DNA from: Phyllosticta citribraziliensis
Taxonomy: Eukaryota
NCBI RefSeq assembly: GCF_038025025.1
Contig: NW_027117349.1
Span: forward strand, 1,054,001 to 1,118,000
Direction: 5' to 3'
DNA: 64,000 bases
Shown here: positions 21,651-35,007 of the stretch, in pieces
How the letters are laid out: each line of letters opens with the position of its first letter
How positions within the stretch are numbered: the first letter of the stretch is position 1
Position numbers and translations under genes: made by a program
Notes under the pieces: model-generated
Databases searched by the model: none
The model's input: the letters and a program-made list of their open reading frames with translations, nothing else
Told to the model about the DNA's origin: nothing

Positions 21651-24600
21651 TCGGTTTCTTGGATCTTCCAGAAGCTGCCGTCATTGAGCGCATACGTCTT
21701 TCTTTTTGGATTGGTTGTGTTTGGGACCAGTGTGTTTGAGGAGAGCGAACCGAAGGCGTTCCGAGCGTCGTATTCTCCCGCAACTCTGTGCCTGGAATGT
21801 TCTCATGAGCTCGTAAGCAGCCGGCGCCGTTTGTTTCGTAGAAACCGAGAGAGTTCCCCGTGAGCCGCAGCACCGAGTTTGACCACAATCCGACCATCTC
21901 TTGGGTGTTTGTCTCTCATTTACCCACCCGCTATTCCGAAACGAAACGGAGCGTTTTCACAATGCCTCAGAGCTGTGGAGGTCCAGAGAACGCGGCCCGG
22001 CAGGAAACGGCTGGTAAATCTGCCATGGCACGAAACAGCGAGAGGATCCCTCCTACTGAACCAGCGATTGTCTCTGCCTACGCGGCTAGCTCCGCTCGCA
22101 TCGCTCGGCAAGCTACCCATTACGTGAATCTTGTCGGGTATTTCGGCGTCATATCCAGGTAGGTGTCTGCAAGCCCTTGATTTCTCTCACAAGGAACTCC
22201 ATGTTTCGGCGAGCGGCTCTGTCACTTGTGGGAGGGATTGCTAGGCGGAAACAGGGCGATGATGCATAGAAGAGGCAGGGCAGGTGAGGCTATCGTGACT
22301 GTCCAGAACATAAGAGCCTCATGACCAAGTCGCTCGGCTCGACAAGAAATTCCATGGTGTGGTTGGCATAGCGGGACGCTTCAATTCGCGGTTTCTGACG
22401 CTCCGTTGCGGCGTAAGCGCGGAGGGTTGTAGAGGGGCTGAGGTGTTCGTCCGTACGCAGACGACACGAAGAAGGAGCCAAGGCAGCGAGGTGGTGAAGG
22501 CAGACAAAAGTTGGAGAGCTCAAGGATTTCAAACGTCTCGTCCTTTCGGCGGAGAAGCGACGAGCTCGGTTCGGTTGACGATCTCGAAAAGCGCTATGAC
22601 TCGCAGATCGACGGCCACGACTTTCGACATGCCGGGCTGCCATCATTCAACACCAAACCCTTTCATCTCGACACTTGACAAATACTCCTCTTCATCGTTC
22701 ACTGAACATTATCTCCGAGCCACAGAGTTGTTGACCTCGAGCAGGTGTCTTATCGCAGGTCGAAATCATGATTGGCGATGATGCCTCGCTTGCCGAAGCC
22801 GTTGACTGTTAGGTTCTTCGTCTGCCATCTTTTTCAAACCATCATCCCGCCATGAGAGCACGCCATCCAGTACCTGCTAGATTTTCCTTCAAGCTCGTAT
22901 GCAGCCCGAAGAAATTCGCTCTGTAGATGAACAAAGGGTCCTTCGTCCTGCAACGTCGAAACGGTCCGGCAGGCGTTGGCTGTTGGCAGATGCCGGACGC
23001 TCTCGGGATCGAACGATCGCGGCGCGGAGCGTCGGGCTCCCGCTACTGTCCTAAGCCTTGAAGCCGCTGCCATTCGGAGGCTCTCCCTGGTAGTGAGCGC
23101 CCTGCCAGGTTTTGTGGATGTCCGTCCTCTCCGATGCACTACAGAATCCACGCATCCTCGACCTCGCGCCTGCCTAAAGGATTTCCTAGCCCTCCCGATT
23201 CCAAGTCTTGGAGATGCCAATGCGCTCAGTACACTTTTCCAAACCTCACTCAGGGCATGTTCGAACAAGAGGTACTAAGCCTAATCATGTGGAGCCAACC
23301 GGGCAGAAACTATGAAGACGACAGTCAGACATTAGTCGCTTGTTCATGTTTCAAAAAAACAGAAGAAAAGAGGCAGCTTTCTCGTCAACCACTCCCCATA
23401 CTGGCTCAGAAGCCGAGATTGAAATGACTTTGGCCAGGCAAAGTAAAGATATGCCCTGCTTAGCGTCCATGTCAACGGACCCAGGACGTATCAGGCAAGT
23501 CGCAACATGTTTTGATTGGTGCAAATGCTCAGGAATTATTCTAGCAATGTTTATGCACGGACCGATGAATCTGTCATTGCATTATTTGTGGCTTTAGAGA
23601 AAATGAGGCAGTATTCTGTTTCAAAAAGAGGCGGACCCCGGGCACGTGCCAGATCTAGTGCACCCAGACGCCCGCAAGTCCTACACGCACGTACGGTTTC
23701 CTTGGCCTTATGCAGTGACCAAGGCATGTGCACGAGTACCAGCGATCTGTCAGAGCCTGGCTCTTTGCGCACCGAGAGGAAGCCGTTGACTTCCGTCTTC
23801 ACGGCTTATTCCTGGACCACCAGCAACTGCGTAAACTTTGAAGAAGAGTTGTGTCTATCGTTTGGTAAACAGCATCGGCAGTTTGGACATGTCAAATATC
23901 GCTAGGGTATAAGTGGCAAGATCGATTTGTCACTTCACACATTACAGGTAACGGAGCCTTCTTTTCCATGCGCTCGTGCGTATTTGGTTTCAGCTTCGAG
24001 AATACGCGCTAGATGTCAATCTCCCGCTCTCTCTGCTCCAACAGACCCATGGAAAAGACCAGTGGATTGAATTGCATCTTCAAAGATCCATCGAACGGAA
24101 TCATTGCTCCTCAAGCTCCCGTTGACTTGGAAAGGTTACTACTCCTCTCGCACACTTCAGAGTCGAGTATCGCCTCCTGAAACCCAAGTCATAGCAAAAG
24201 CACAATCTCGAAGTGCAGCTGACTCAATGTTTGCTCGGCCTTGCTGACAGGAGCTCGCCATCCGGTCGAGCCGAGAATGCCATTGCCCTTGGACTTTTCC
24301 AAAGGGCAACTCCATGCGCGACAGTATTCGCCTTACGCGTCCAAGGGTTTCAATGTCACTTGTCACAGAATTTTCTATGCCGGACCGTCGGTACTCCGTC
24401 CGCCTTGACCACGGCTGCATAGTGCAACAGCCCTTGTCAAATTCAGCTTTATGGAATCTGGAAGCACGAGAGAAGGTCATCCAGGAAGCCTTGCGGCTCT
24501 GGACTGCCAAGTGACCTCGCTGCCTAGGTGCAGCCCTCGTGATGGTACTGTACAAAGTAAGGCGGACGCCCGCCAACGGGTCGAGGTTCTCCTGCTTTCC

Positions 24601-24939
24601 GAAAGACCCAAGTTCCACCGCTGCCTGTTGAAACTGACCGCGGCATCCAGGCCAACTTTTTTGTTTGGCTGTTTCTCCGTGCCTAGGCCCCTGTTCTGAA
24701 TGACGTCAAGGGGACCGATTGTTTGGATTCTCCGCTCTCGTCCGCAAGTGATCCTCCGGCATGTCGGCCTCTACAGGATGGAGAGGCGATTCTATAAGTA
24801 TAGCCTCAGTTCACTGCAAGAAGTTTCGTTTCTCATCAGCTCCACAGAACAAGTCAAATACTCCTATCCTCTCCACTTTTCAGAGAGAAAATCTCTGGAG
24901 TCAGATCCTCCGCCACCTTCTCCTCGGGTCCAACGACTC

Positions 24940-25100
24940 CATCTACAGACCCTTCACCTCGAACAATTACGCTTGGAACGGCAACTTCTTCAAGAACTTT
25001 TTCTCCGCGAACTCTACCTCCAGCAGCTGTATCTGCAACAGCTCTACCTTCGGCAGCAGCTACAGCTCCAGCAAGAGCTCTGCCGCGAACACATCTACCT
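24940..25100 (+). repeat. Degenerate 15-nt repeat (CTCTACCTCCAGCAG-like)
   Basis: Reads LYLQQ/LHLEQ pentads in one frame and Ser/Asn-rich in another; lies upstream of ATG 25157. Confidence 0.55.
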
Positions 25101-25156
25101 CAAGCAGGGAAAATCGGCATTACCGGATCCAATCCAGCTTGCCCGAATTCTCCAAA

Positions 25157-26761
25157 ATGGGTCGAGTGTTTCGGATCTTGGCCATTTCGGCCGTTCTGGC
25201 TGCAGCCAGCCCCTTGCCGGCCTTGCCAGGAAGCCCCTCTCCGCAAGCTCATCAGGGCGAGGCACGTCCTCTCCCTGCTGACAGTGGCAAGAGCTTCACG
25301 GACGAACTTGTCGATGGCATCAAGACCAGCTACGCGAAAGGGATAGCTCTTGCTACTGGAGACTCTCCGATTTCGGTTGATGTGCCAAAGGGCATGCCAG
25401 TCGAAGTCGACCGTGGCCACAACGGCATTGGCGTTTCCGTCGGCGGTATCGGGGTCGATGTTGGAGATGGAGGAGTGGGAGTGGATGTTGGAAAAGGCGG
25501 CCGCCCCGGAGTGGGAGTAGACGTGGGCAAAGAAAAGGCCAAGGTCCCAGCGAAGCGAGACATTTACGACATGGACGAAGACTGGAGCCTCACTCGACGC
25601 GACGACCTAGTGGACGCAGCAAGCCTTCCCTACATGCACACTGGTCCCGTCGACACCACCCATCGGGAAGATCAACCATCAAATGAAAACCGCATCCAGG
25701 CCAGAGATGACGACCACCACGACGATGACTGGCGTGGCGGTCGTCGCGGCAGGGGAAATCGTGGATTCCGCCAGGACCGCGCTTGGGGAGGCCGTGGCGG
25801 AGGCCGTGGCGGCGGATGGGGAGGACGAGGAGGCGGCTGGGGCAATGGACGCGGTGGCCGTGGCGGCGGATGGGGAGGCCGCGGTGGACGCGGACGCGGC
25901 TGGAATCGAATTGCATCGGTCGACGAAGCAGACTTGGCCGGCTCTCAACCATCCAACTCTACCATCTCCTTCAACCCTCCTACGAACAACCGAGGATCCG
26001 GTCTGACTGGTAGCCCCAATCCGTCCAAGCCCGCCAACTCTTTCGGCGAGCCTGACAACAGCTTTTCCGTACCGGTAGGCGAGGCTGGCGAGTTCAATCA
26101 GCCTGGCTCAAGCAACACGATCCCTGGGTCCGATACAAACAACACACCGACTCCTAATGGCTCATCTAGCCCCGTGATCGTGCCAAACCCCTTCAACCAG
26201 ACCGGCTCCAGCGACCAACAACAAAGCGGCTCAACCGATCAAACCAACGGCTCCACAGACCAGACCAACGGCTCTACAGATCAATCAGGCGACTCAGACG
26301 GCAGCCTCATCATCGATAACGGCAGCGAAGACCACCAGGATGAGGGAAATGACAGCGGCAACGACAACAAACTCAAGAAGCGCGACGTGATCCGCTGTAA
26401 CGGCGACGACAACGATAACCGCCTCCAATGCTTCTGCGACGACAGGAATGACAACCGCCGCTGGAGGAATAACCGCAACAACAACAACCGCGTCATTCTG
26501 GACCGGGACCACGACCTCGACCGACGGGACTTGGAGCGCCGCGATGTCGAAGCCAGCGCCTTGACCCGCCGCCACTGGGGCCATCGTGGGGGCGACAACT
26601 GGGGCCTAGCGAACGTAGGGGTTGACGTAGACGTAGATGTAGACCACAACGACTGGGACGACGATTGGAGGCCACGGAGGGGTGGAAACAATGGAGGTGT
26701 TGCGGTTGGTGTTGGGCCTGGTGGAGCCGTTGGCGTGGTTGGAGGCGGCGACGATTGGTGA
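25157..26761 (+). CDS. Secreted low-complexity protein with multiple dibasic (Kex2-type) sites
   Basis: Signal peptide MGRVFRILAISAVLAAASP; KR/RR sites followed by Asp; GVGVDV, RGGW, GSTDQTN and Asn/Asp/Arg-rich blocks. Confidence 0.85.
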   Translation: MGRVFRILAISAVLAAASPLPALPGSPSPQAHQGEARPLPADSGKSFTDELVDGIKTSYAKGIALATGDSPISVDVPKGMPVEVDRGHNGIGVSVGGIGVDVGDGGVGVDVGKGGRPGVGVDVGKEKAKVPAKRDIYDMDEDWSLTRRDDLVDAASLPYMHTGPVDTTHREDQPSNENRIQARDDDHHDDDWRGGRRGRGNRGFRQDRAWGGRGGGRGGGWGGRGGGWGNGRGGRGGGWGGRGGRGRGWNRIASVDEADLAGSQPSNSTISFNPPTNNRGSGLTGSPNPSKPANSFGEPDNSFSVPVGEAGEFNQPGSSNTIPGSDTNNTPTPNGSSSPVIVPNPFNQTGSSDQQQSGSTDQTNGSTDQTNGSTDQSGDSDGSLIIDNGSEDHQDEGNDSGNDNKLKKRDVIRCNGDDNDNRLQCFCDDRNDNRRWRNNRNNNNRVILDRDHDLDRRDLERRDVEASALTRRHWGHRGGDNWGLANVGVDVDVDVDHNDWDDDWRPRRGGNNGGVAVGVGPGGAVGVVGGGDDW

Positions 26762-27271
26762 AGAAGGCAAGGCAAGGCAACCATTTCCCCAGCGCAGCAC
26801 TTTCGTCCATCCTCCTTTAGCACCTGTTCTTCCGTTCGGTATCGTGTTCGAGGAAGGCTAAATCTGGTTCCATTCTCTGAGCATATTTTCCTGGCATACT
26901 AATATTTCCCTTCTGCTGTTTTCCGTTTCCGTTGCTGATACCGCTTTTGTTTCTTTCCTCTTTTCTTTCTTGTCAACTCGGAAGTCTTGGTCACTGCACA
27001 GCAACACATCCCTCCTCTCAAAGGATTGATTGTACACCAACCCCTTCTTGTAACATAAGGCATACCAACACCGAGACTGGATATAATAACAGAAAGCTTT
27101 GAATCCACTTCTGCTTCCAACTGCGTCTTGAAATCTACCCACCCCATGGACTCAATGATTGGTGGGATATGTGCTATGGAAGGAATATCTGAAGTGAACT
27201 TAAACACGCAAGACCAGGTTTCCCATTCATTACTGCTGCGAACTTAATGCTGACTCTTAGTTTTGAAACTG

Positions 27272-27385
27272 CACGAACGCTCCCTCTGTGTGTCCATCTT
27301 CACCTACGAACGCTCCCTTTATGTATCTCGTCCGATGAAAGAACGCTCCCTCTCTGTATCCTCCTCAACACACGAACGCCCTTTG
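27272..27385 (+). repeat. 33-bp period array of GAACGCTCCCT (4 units)
   Basis: Cores at 27275, 27308, 27341 and 27374 (last one degenerate); spacers partly similar. Confidence 0.85.
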
Positions 27386-27740
27386 CCCCATCCGCACCCC
27401 CATCCGCACCCCCACCCTCTCGGCAGCTTTCTTTTTCTTCAAGAACTCCACACTCCCGCCCGCACATCCACCGCTGTAACGCAAGCTCCCTCCACCCTTC
27501 CGCCTCATGCCGCTGCATCCACTAATGGGGGTGCAAGTGCCCATCTCTCAATCCGTCCGCTGAAGAGCAGCCACTGCGCAAAGTATATCTAGCAACGAGT
27601 GGCTCAACATAGCACGACACACACAGGTACAGCACACAACCACATACTCAACCTCAAGCATCGAGCACTCAAACAGTACGGTTAAAACGTACAGAACAAT
27701 TGCAATGGGAGATTGGAGATTTGATATAACAACGACAACA

Positions 27741-27762
27741 GCACGCACGCACGCACGCACGC
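27741..27762 (+). repeat. (GCAC)n microsatellite
   Basis: GCAC x5. Confidence 0.8.
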
Positions 27763-28168
27763 GGCAGCGAGCCAGCCCCCTTCCATCCTTCTACGCCTGA
27801 GTAAGGAAAAACGGGGAAAGGGCATGCGAAAGGAAAAGTAAAAGAGTTTGTTGATGAGCACGTTTCAAAAGGTGCGCATGTGTGTGTTGAGTGTGTTGTG
27901 TTGTGGAGAGTGTACCGTACGTCCGTCCTTTGTCTGCTTGCTTTGTCTGCCTCCGCCTCCGGCCGACGTCGTCCGCTCTGCCGACTCGACTCGTTTCGCC
28001 CGAATTCAATCAATCAATCCACGGTCCGCCCCAAATGCTCAACGACAGCAACGACGAAAAAAGTCTACCTACATGCTTGCTTGCTTTCTTTGCTTTTCGC
28101 GCAGCGCTGCCCGCTCAACCAGCAGCGCCGCCACTCACAAATCCATCCGAGCGATCCAGCAAACGCAT

Positions 28169-31032
28169 CTATGCTGGAGGAGTGCCAGGCGGCGTAGGCG
28201 GAGCGCCGCCGTCCTCCTTGCCCAAGCTAGTCGGGGGGAGGTCATCCTCGCCAGGCAAGCTGTGCTCAGCGCCAAAGTACTTGGTAAAGTCCTTGGGGTC
28301 CTCAAAGGGGCGCTTGCCGAGGAGGCGCTCGAGGTCGTCGCGGGTCAGCATCTCCTTGCGGAGCAGCTCCTCGGCGACGAGGCCGATTTCCGCCTTGCGC
28401 GCCGCCAGCAGGTCGCGGCACTGCTTGTACGCGTCCTCGACGATGCGCCGCACCTCCTGGTCGATGTTGCGCGCCGTCTCCTCCGAGAACGGCTTGTGCA
28501 GCTGCGACTGCGGGTCGTCGTCGTAGTGCAGGTAGCCGATCTTGCGCGACATGCCCCACTTGGTCACCATGGCTGACGCCATGCGCGTCACCTTGTTGAA
28601 GTCGTCCGACGCGCCCGACGTCACCGTCTCAAAGTGCAGCTCCTCCGACACGCGCCCGCCGAGCGCCATGGCCATGCGGTCCAGCAATTGGTTCATCGTC
28701 ATCAGGTACGTGTCGCTGGATGGAAGGTATTGTGCGTATCCAAGAGCGCCGCTGCCGCGGGGGATGATGCTGACCTTGAGGAGGGGGTCGGCGTGCTTGA
28801 AATACCAGCCGCAAATGGCGTGGCCAGCTTCGTGGTAGGCGACGGTCTTCTTGTCGTTGGGAGAGAGGACCATGGACTTCTTCTCGAGACCACCAATGAC
28901 ACGGTCAATGGCTTGCTCAAAGTGCTTCATCTCTACCGAGTCGGCAGAGTATCTGGCGGCTGCAGATTGTTAGCGTTCTTGCGTCCGAAAAATTCGGACA
29001 ACATACCAATGAGAGCAGCTTCGTTGACACAGTTGGCAATGTCAGCGCCAGCGAATCCAGGGGTGAGGGCAGCCAGACGGCCAGTCAAGAATTCAATGTC
29101 TTCTCTTGTCGCGATTCTCTTCAAGTGCACGGCAAAGATTTGCTTTCGTCCCTCCATGGTAGGTGCGTCAATGGCAATGTGTCTGTCGAATCTACCCGGC
29201 CGCATGAGCGCCCTGTCGAGCACATCCGGTCGGTTGGTACCCGCAAGAACCACGACTTGCTCCGAAGTGTTGAAGCCGTCCATTTCGGTCAAGATCTGGT
29301 TGAGCGTGCTCTCGCGTTCGCTGTCACCGCCGCCAATGCTCTGTTTGGCACGCGATTTTCCAATGGCGTCGATTTCGTCAATGAAGATGATGCACGGCGT
29401 GTTTTTCCTTGCCGTCGAGAACAAGTCACGGACGCGCGAAGGACCCACACCGACAAACATTTCGATGAATTCGGAACCGCTGACGCTGAAAAAGGGCACA
29501 GCCGACTCTCCAGCCGTCGCCTTGGCGAGCAGCGTCTTACCCGTACCAGGAGGACCAGACAGGATGGCACCGCGGGGAATCTTGGCTCCTAGCCGTTGGT
29601 ACACGCCGGGGTTCTTGAGGAAGCTGACAAATTCCATAATCTCTTGCTTTGCCTCGTCCATGCCCGCCACATCGGCAAACTTGACCTTGATGTCCGCCTC
29701 GTGGTTGAATCTCTTGGCGCGACTCCGGCCCATGCCAAAGACACCACCGGATCCGCCGCCGCCACCTCCAGCTCTTCTGCCCAAGTAAAGCAGGGCGCCG
29801 ACAAATAGTATCGTAGGGCCAAAAGACAGGAAGGTGGCTACCCAAGGAACCTCGTCATTGTACGAAACCGGAATACGTTCGGCAGTAGGAATGTCCAGAC
29901 GGTCCTGGACGGCCTCGAGCTTCCTCTCAAAGACATCGACTGAGCCAATTGTGAAGTAGTAGTGGAAGTTGGGGTTTACGGCGGGAGAGTCGGGATACAT
30001 TGATTGAACGGCGTCTCTCTTGAGATGTACCCTTGCCCTGGAGTGACCCATGACAACAATCTTCTCAACGAGACCCTTTTCCAAAAACGTGCTGGAGAAT
30101 TCTTGGAACGAGATTTCCTGCGTCGCCTCACCGGGGGAAAGGAATCGGATAAACATGTACGTGAGGAATAAGGACGTCAAAGTCGTTCCCAGATCAAAAG
30201 ATACTGCTGATGAGAAATCCTTCTTCTTGTCGCCGTATTTTCCTTTCTGGTCGCCCTGCTTGCCATCCTTGCCGTCTGGCCCAGGATCCTCGCCCGTCTT
30301 TTGATGCGGTTCCTGTTGATTGGGTTGTTGCTGATTCGGGTCGTCCTTCTTTGGCTGATTCTGTTCCGGTTGGTCCTGGGTGGGCTGCTTTTGCTGAGAA
30401 TCCTTCTGTGGTTGACGCTGGTCAGATTGGGCACCCGAGCCGGAGCGACCCTGTTGCGGTTGACTTTGGTCTTGCGGAGTTTCGTTCTTCGATAGATCTT
30501 GACCGCTCGATTTCTTCAACTCTTCTGATGTTATGACGCTTAGGAGCTTGGTGACGTCGCTGAGGGATGGTCTCTGCGGGCTCATCATAACCTTGTGCAT
30601 ATCCTTGTGAATACCATTGACTTTCCATTCCTCAATGTACCGTTCGAGCTGCGTCCTCATGAACTTGGGGCAAATTTTGAGGACAATGTCGAGACGCTCC
30701 AAATCCGATTGCGTGAGCTTGATGTAGTCACCCTTGTCACCCTGGCCAGGCGTCGGATTTTGGTTGAAGTTGGGCGGTTTTCCCCCTTGCCCGTTGTTGG
30801 CTGCCGGGCTGTTCTGCTGTCTTGCATTATCGCCACTATTCCGGGAGCCTTTCGGGTCGTTTGGGGGCTTGGGCTTTTGCGTGGCATATCGTCGCGTCCG
30901 CTGGTGGGCGTAAGCTTGTCGCGGTAGGGACGAGATTGGAAGAAGAGGTCGTAATGAGATGCGCGATGCTAGGTCGATGTTGCTTCTCGATAACCGCGCA
31001 AGATGGCCTGACCGCAGTGCCAAAGTCGTCAT
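28169..31032 (-). CDS. yta12: Mitochondrial m-AAA (FtsH-family) metalloprotease, Yta12/Afg3-like
   Basis: Arg/Leu/Ser-rich presequence, two TM segments, Walker A GPPGTGKT, Walker B IFIDEID, RPGRFDR, zinc motif HEAGH; intron 28960-29006. Confidence 0.95.
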
Positions 31033-32937
31033 GTTCCAGGGAATTGGCGGCGCGCGTCGGACGGAGGGAATGGAGAGGGATAAGAACGGCTTTTGCAATT
31101 CACCATCCAAAGGACAATGTCAATGAAGGACTGCGGAGTGGCGAGATTGCGCGTGTTGGTTGTCGCCTTGATGACGAAGATGACTTTCGGTCCCCATAGA
31201 CTCGGCCTTCGGTGGAGAGGTTGATCCGGCCGCCCCGCAGGCGGTGAGCGATCACCAAATCAAGACCGCAGTCCGGTCCTCACCTCTCTCCATTTCATTT
31301 CATCTTACGGTTTCATGTTTCTATCCTTTCGCGCTTCGCATATCTTGAGTGAAAGATCATCTCGCCTTATCATCTGATGGCGGTGTGTCGCGGATTAATC
31401 CCAGACCCCTTTCTCTACCATTTTCTCTTCGACGTTTTTCCTCCCTCTCACTGTAACTCGAATATTTTCTGACGGACGGTGCCTCCTTATGTTCATCTGA
31501 AAAACTTCCAACAATGTGTATTTCCACGCCGCGAAAGCATACCGCTCCGCAACGCCAATGCCAAGCGAGCAAGTCGCAATACCCCGTGAGTAGACCAGAG
31601 CCCATCCAAGTGCGCGCCACTGAGCAAATGACATCACAAAGCGCATCAAGTAAGCAAGCGTGCGCCAGAAACTAACCAGCACACGCCATAAGCACGCACC
31701 ATCACCACAACAAGTGCATCGGGACGAGCCAGGTGAGATCCAACGACGACGACGGCGACACCACCACGACGCCTCGTCCATTTCCATGTAAATACTATGT
31801 ACAGTGAACACAACGACACAGAAAAGACACGCGACGGGGCGAACGACAGAAAGCCGTCCCGTCTCCATCGCGTGCCTTGCCACTGGGGGCAGCAGGGCAA
31901 CTGGGGGGATATCAAACCGAGCGCAACAGCAAGAGCAGCAGAACAGCAGAAGAGAAAGGAGAAGAAGAAGAGAAGAATTGACAAGAGAGAGGTGGGAAAG
32001 GAAGGAGAGAGAACAAGTGAAAGGAACAAGAGTTGAGGGCCTATTACAGCAAGCAGCTAGCTGCACAAGCTTAGCTTGCCAAGAAATCGGGAGGAGAGCA
32101 AGGAAATCGACGGCTAGAGAGCCGACTGGAAAATGCCCATATGTTTCAAGGACGAGGAGTCAGGGCTCAATCCGTAATCCTCCTCGTACCACGATGAATC
32201 TTTTCCATCCACCGTAGATAGACAATTCCCAGCCCTCCAACTCGAACGAAAGGGAAAACGCAGGTCGGTTATCCAAGGTATAAACAGAAACCTCTCGCCG
32301 AGCCCGACTCGGGCCAAGGTTTGTGAAAAGTGAAACAAGGCAGGCGCGGCAGCAGCGAGACTGTATTTACAAACTGCCAAAAAAGGGGTGATGGCAGAGG
32401 CTGTGCTCTAATTTTGTGCGCACCGCCCCAACCAAATCCAGCGCTTGTTTGCTTGCATTGCATGCATACCCGCAGGGCCGCCAGACTTGGAATATAAGGT
32501 TGGAAATATCATGTACAAGAAAATTAAGAAGGGGGAATGAGACAAGACATGTGGAAGGAAGAGCGCGTACCTGCGCTGTGGAATATTGACAGTGGCGCAA
32601 GCTCCGCAGCCTCTGCGCCTCAGGTGACTGCAGTGAGACACAAGAGTGCTGCAGAAGGGGCCAGACCGCGTGGCAAGAGAAAATATTATTCGACCAGGAA
32701 AATTGGGGAGGATCGATATTCAACATTAGGCCGCGCGCGCTGATTGTTGTGACACTCCAAAAAATCAAGAAACGGTTGTTTGATGAGACTCGAGGCGGTG
32801 AGCCAAGGCAAAGGGTCTGGGTATCAAGTCTTATCCAAAACAGCTGATCCTCTTCGCCTTGGCCGCAAACCGCAGAGCCTCGAAAAAGAGGATCTGCCTC
32901 CGATCGAGTGAAAAGGCCGTATGTTGCAATTGTTTCG

Positions 32938-34975
32938 TCACACATCTTCCGTAAATTTTGATCCTCGTGATCCGTCGTGTGACCCGAGACTGCGACCCAA
33001 TGTCCCCCGACTGCCCGGCCGAGGCGGTAGGTCAAACACCTCGTCAGGCCCGGTGAACATTGAAGGGTGTCTGGGACTTTGGTGGACAACTGGGGTCCGA
33101 GCGGGACTGGGTCTCAGCGTCTCCACGGGCGTTCCAGGAGTGGATGGCCTGTCAGGGCCAAATCCTGGCGTTGAGGGGCCAGCCGCTGCAGCACCGCCCA
33201 GAGCGACAGCCGCCGCAGGGGACATGGGGGGTGAGCCGTAGCCACCGTGTAGGTTTGCATTTTCGCGCGGGACTCCAGGGAAAGAGGTAACGCTGGCATT
33301 GTCGTCGCCGAACGGGTCTTCGGACGTCATTCCCGGGCTAAAGGCAGATGGCAGCTTGCGTCCAGATATGCGCTGGAAGCCACGTTCTGCTGGAGGCGGC
33401 GGTGGCTCAATCTGACGATTTCCAGACAAGCGGCTGAGAAGGCCACCCATGGCGAAGGGTCCACTGCGTTGTGCCATGCCCTGACCACCACTGCCACCGT
33501 CGGCCGGCGCAGTAGGATCCGCGAAGGGGTTTTCCGGATTGTCTCCTGCAGCGCCCAGTTGCTGTGGCCTCTTTTGCCTTTGCTTGTACCACCGAAGTAC
33601 AACCAGCGCAATGATCAACAATACCGCAAGACCGCAAAGTCCACCGATAACACCGCCAATAATTTGTGGTGTAGTTGCCCCGTCGGAGTTGTTCCCTCCG
33701 CTGTCTGCGCCGCTGGTTGAATTGCCCCCTGCAGTGGTCGCTCCACCGTCACCGGCGACAAAGGTGCCTCCAGTAGAAGTAGGTTCCGATGTAATCGAAG
33801 AAGAATATTCTGTGGTTGAGCTCGAAATGGTAGAAGATTCGGATGTCGAGGACGATGTGGACGAAAGCGAGGTGGAGGACGTGGAAAGCGAGGTGGAGGA
33901 TGTGGAGAGCGAGGTGGAGGACGTGGAAAGGGAGGTGGATGATTCCGATGTCGACGACGTCAAGGATGTGGTGGATGAAAGCGAGGTGGAGCTAGTGGAC
34001 GTCAAGGATGCCTCGGAAGTGGAACTGGTTTGTGTTTCAATTGTGGAGGAACTCGTAATGGAATCTGCCATGACGGATGCAGCTGACGTGCTCAAGGTGG
34101 ATCCTGAGGCGCTTGATGACGGAGAAACTATTGGAATGTTAGCTTCATCTACAACACATTTTCTGAAACAACGGCCGCAATACATACACGTCGAGACTGA
34201 TCCACTGGTTGTGGCAGCCGCGAAAGAAGTCGTCGATGGGGTTGAAGATGGAAGGAGATTCGAAGACGTCGATATGGAGTTTGGTATGAACGGTATGACC
34301 GTCAACGAGGAAGAGGCGCTCTCCGACGTTGATAACGTCGATATCGCACTCGAAGGTGTCGAAATGGCGATTGGCGTAGTCGGAATCGTGTTTGAAGGAG
34401 TAGAATTGTTGGATGGCGTCGTACGTGAGCTGGCATTGGGAGTGAGTGGGCCAGGAGTTGATGTTACGACCGGGAGCGTGCCGGAAGATGTCCTGAAAGG
34501 TTGGGAAGAGTATTGAGGAGTTCTACTTCTGGAAGAGTAGGTCGCCGGAGAGCTCCGAGTTTGCGGCGTGGAAAACGATGGCGCTGGACGTGACGTGCTG
34601 ACAGAGGACGACGAAGTAGGTTGAGGTACTGAAGACTGTGTTCCAAGACTAGTACTACCCGAGGCTGAAACCGAAATGCTCAAGCTCGAAGTCCCAGGAA
34701 TCGGAGGCGTATTGAACGGGTAGGACGGGACAGTTGGAACGCCAGGCGACGTGGGAAACGGCTGTACCGTCGGAACCGCAGGCACCGTCAGGGATGATGT
34801 GCTCGAGGGCGTCGGCACCGGAATGGACGAGGAAGAGCTTGTCAACGGAGTCGCAGAGGTCGAGGAAGATGCCAACGGGCTCGTCAAAGTTGACGAAGTT
34901 GACGAGGTCGACGAGGCCGAAGGAGTTGACGTCGAGGTCGAGCACAAGGTTGAAGACGAAGAAGATGTAGTCGTT

Positions 34976-35007
<32 letters not shown>

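Noticed and set aside
22290..24618. Several 100-150 aa ORFs
   Set aside because: No motifs or coherent exon structure found; may be decayed genes but cannot be supported.
24761..25156. N-terminal extension of the 666-aa ORF as the true start
   Set aside because: The signal peptide begins at ATG 25157; the upstream part is low-complexity repeat.
33539..34516. Acidic E/D/V-rich 325-aa ORF on the + strand
   Set aside because: Antisense shadow of the Ser/Thr repeats of the membrane protein gene.
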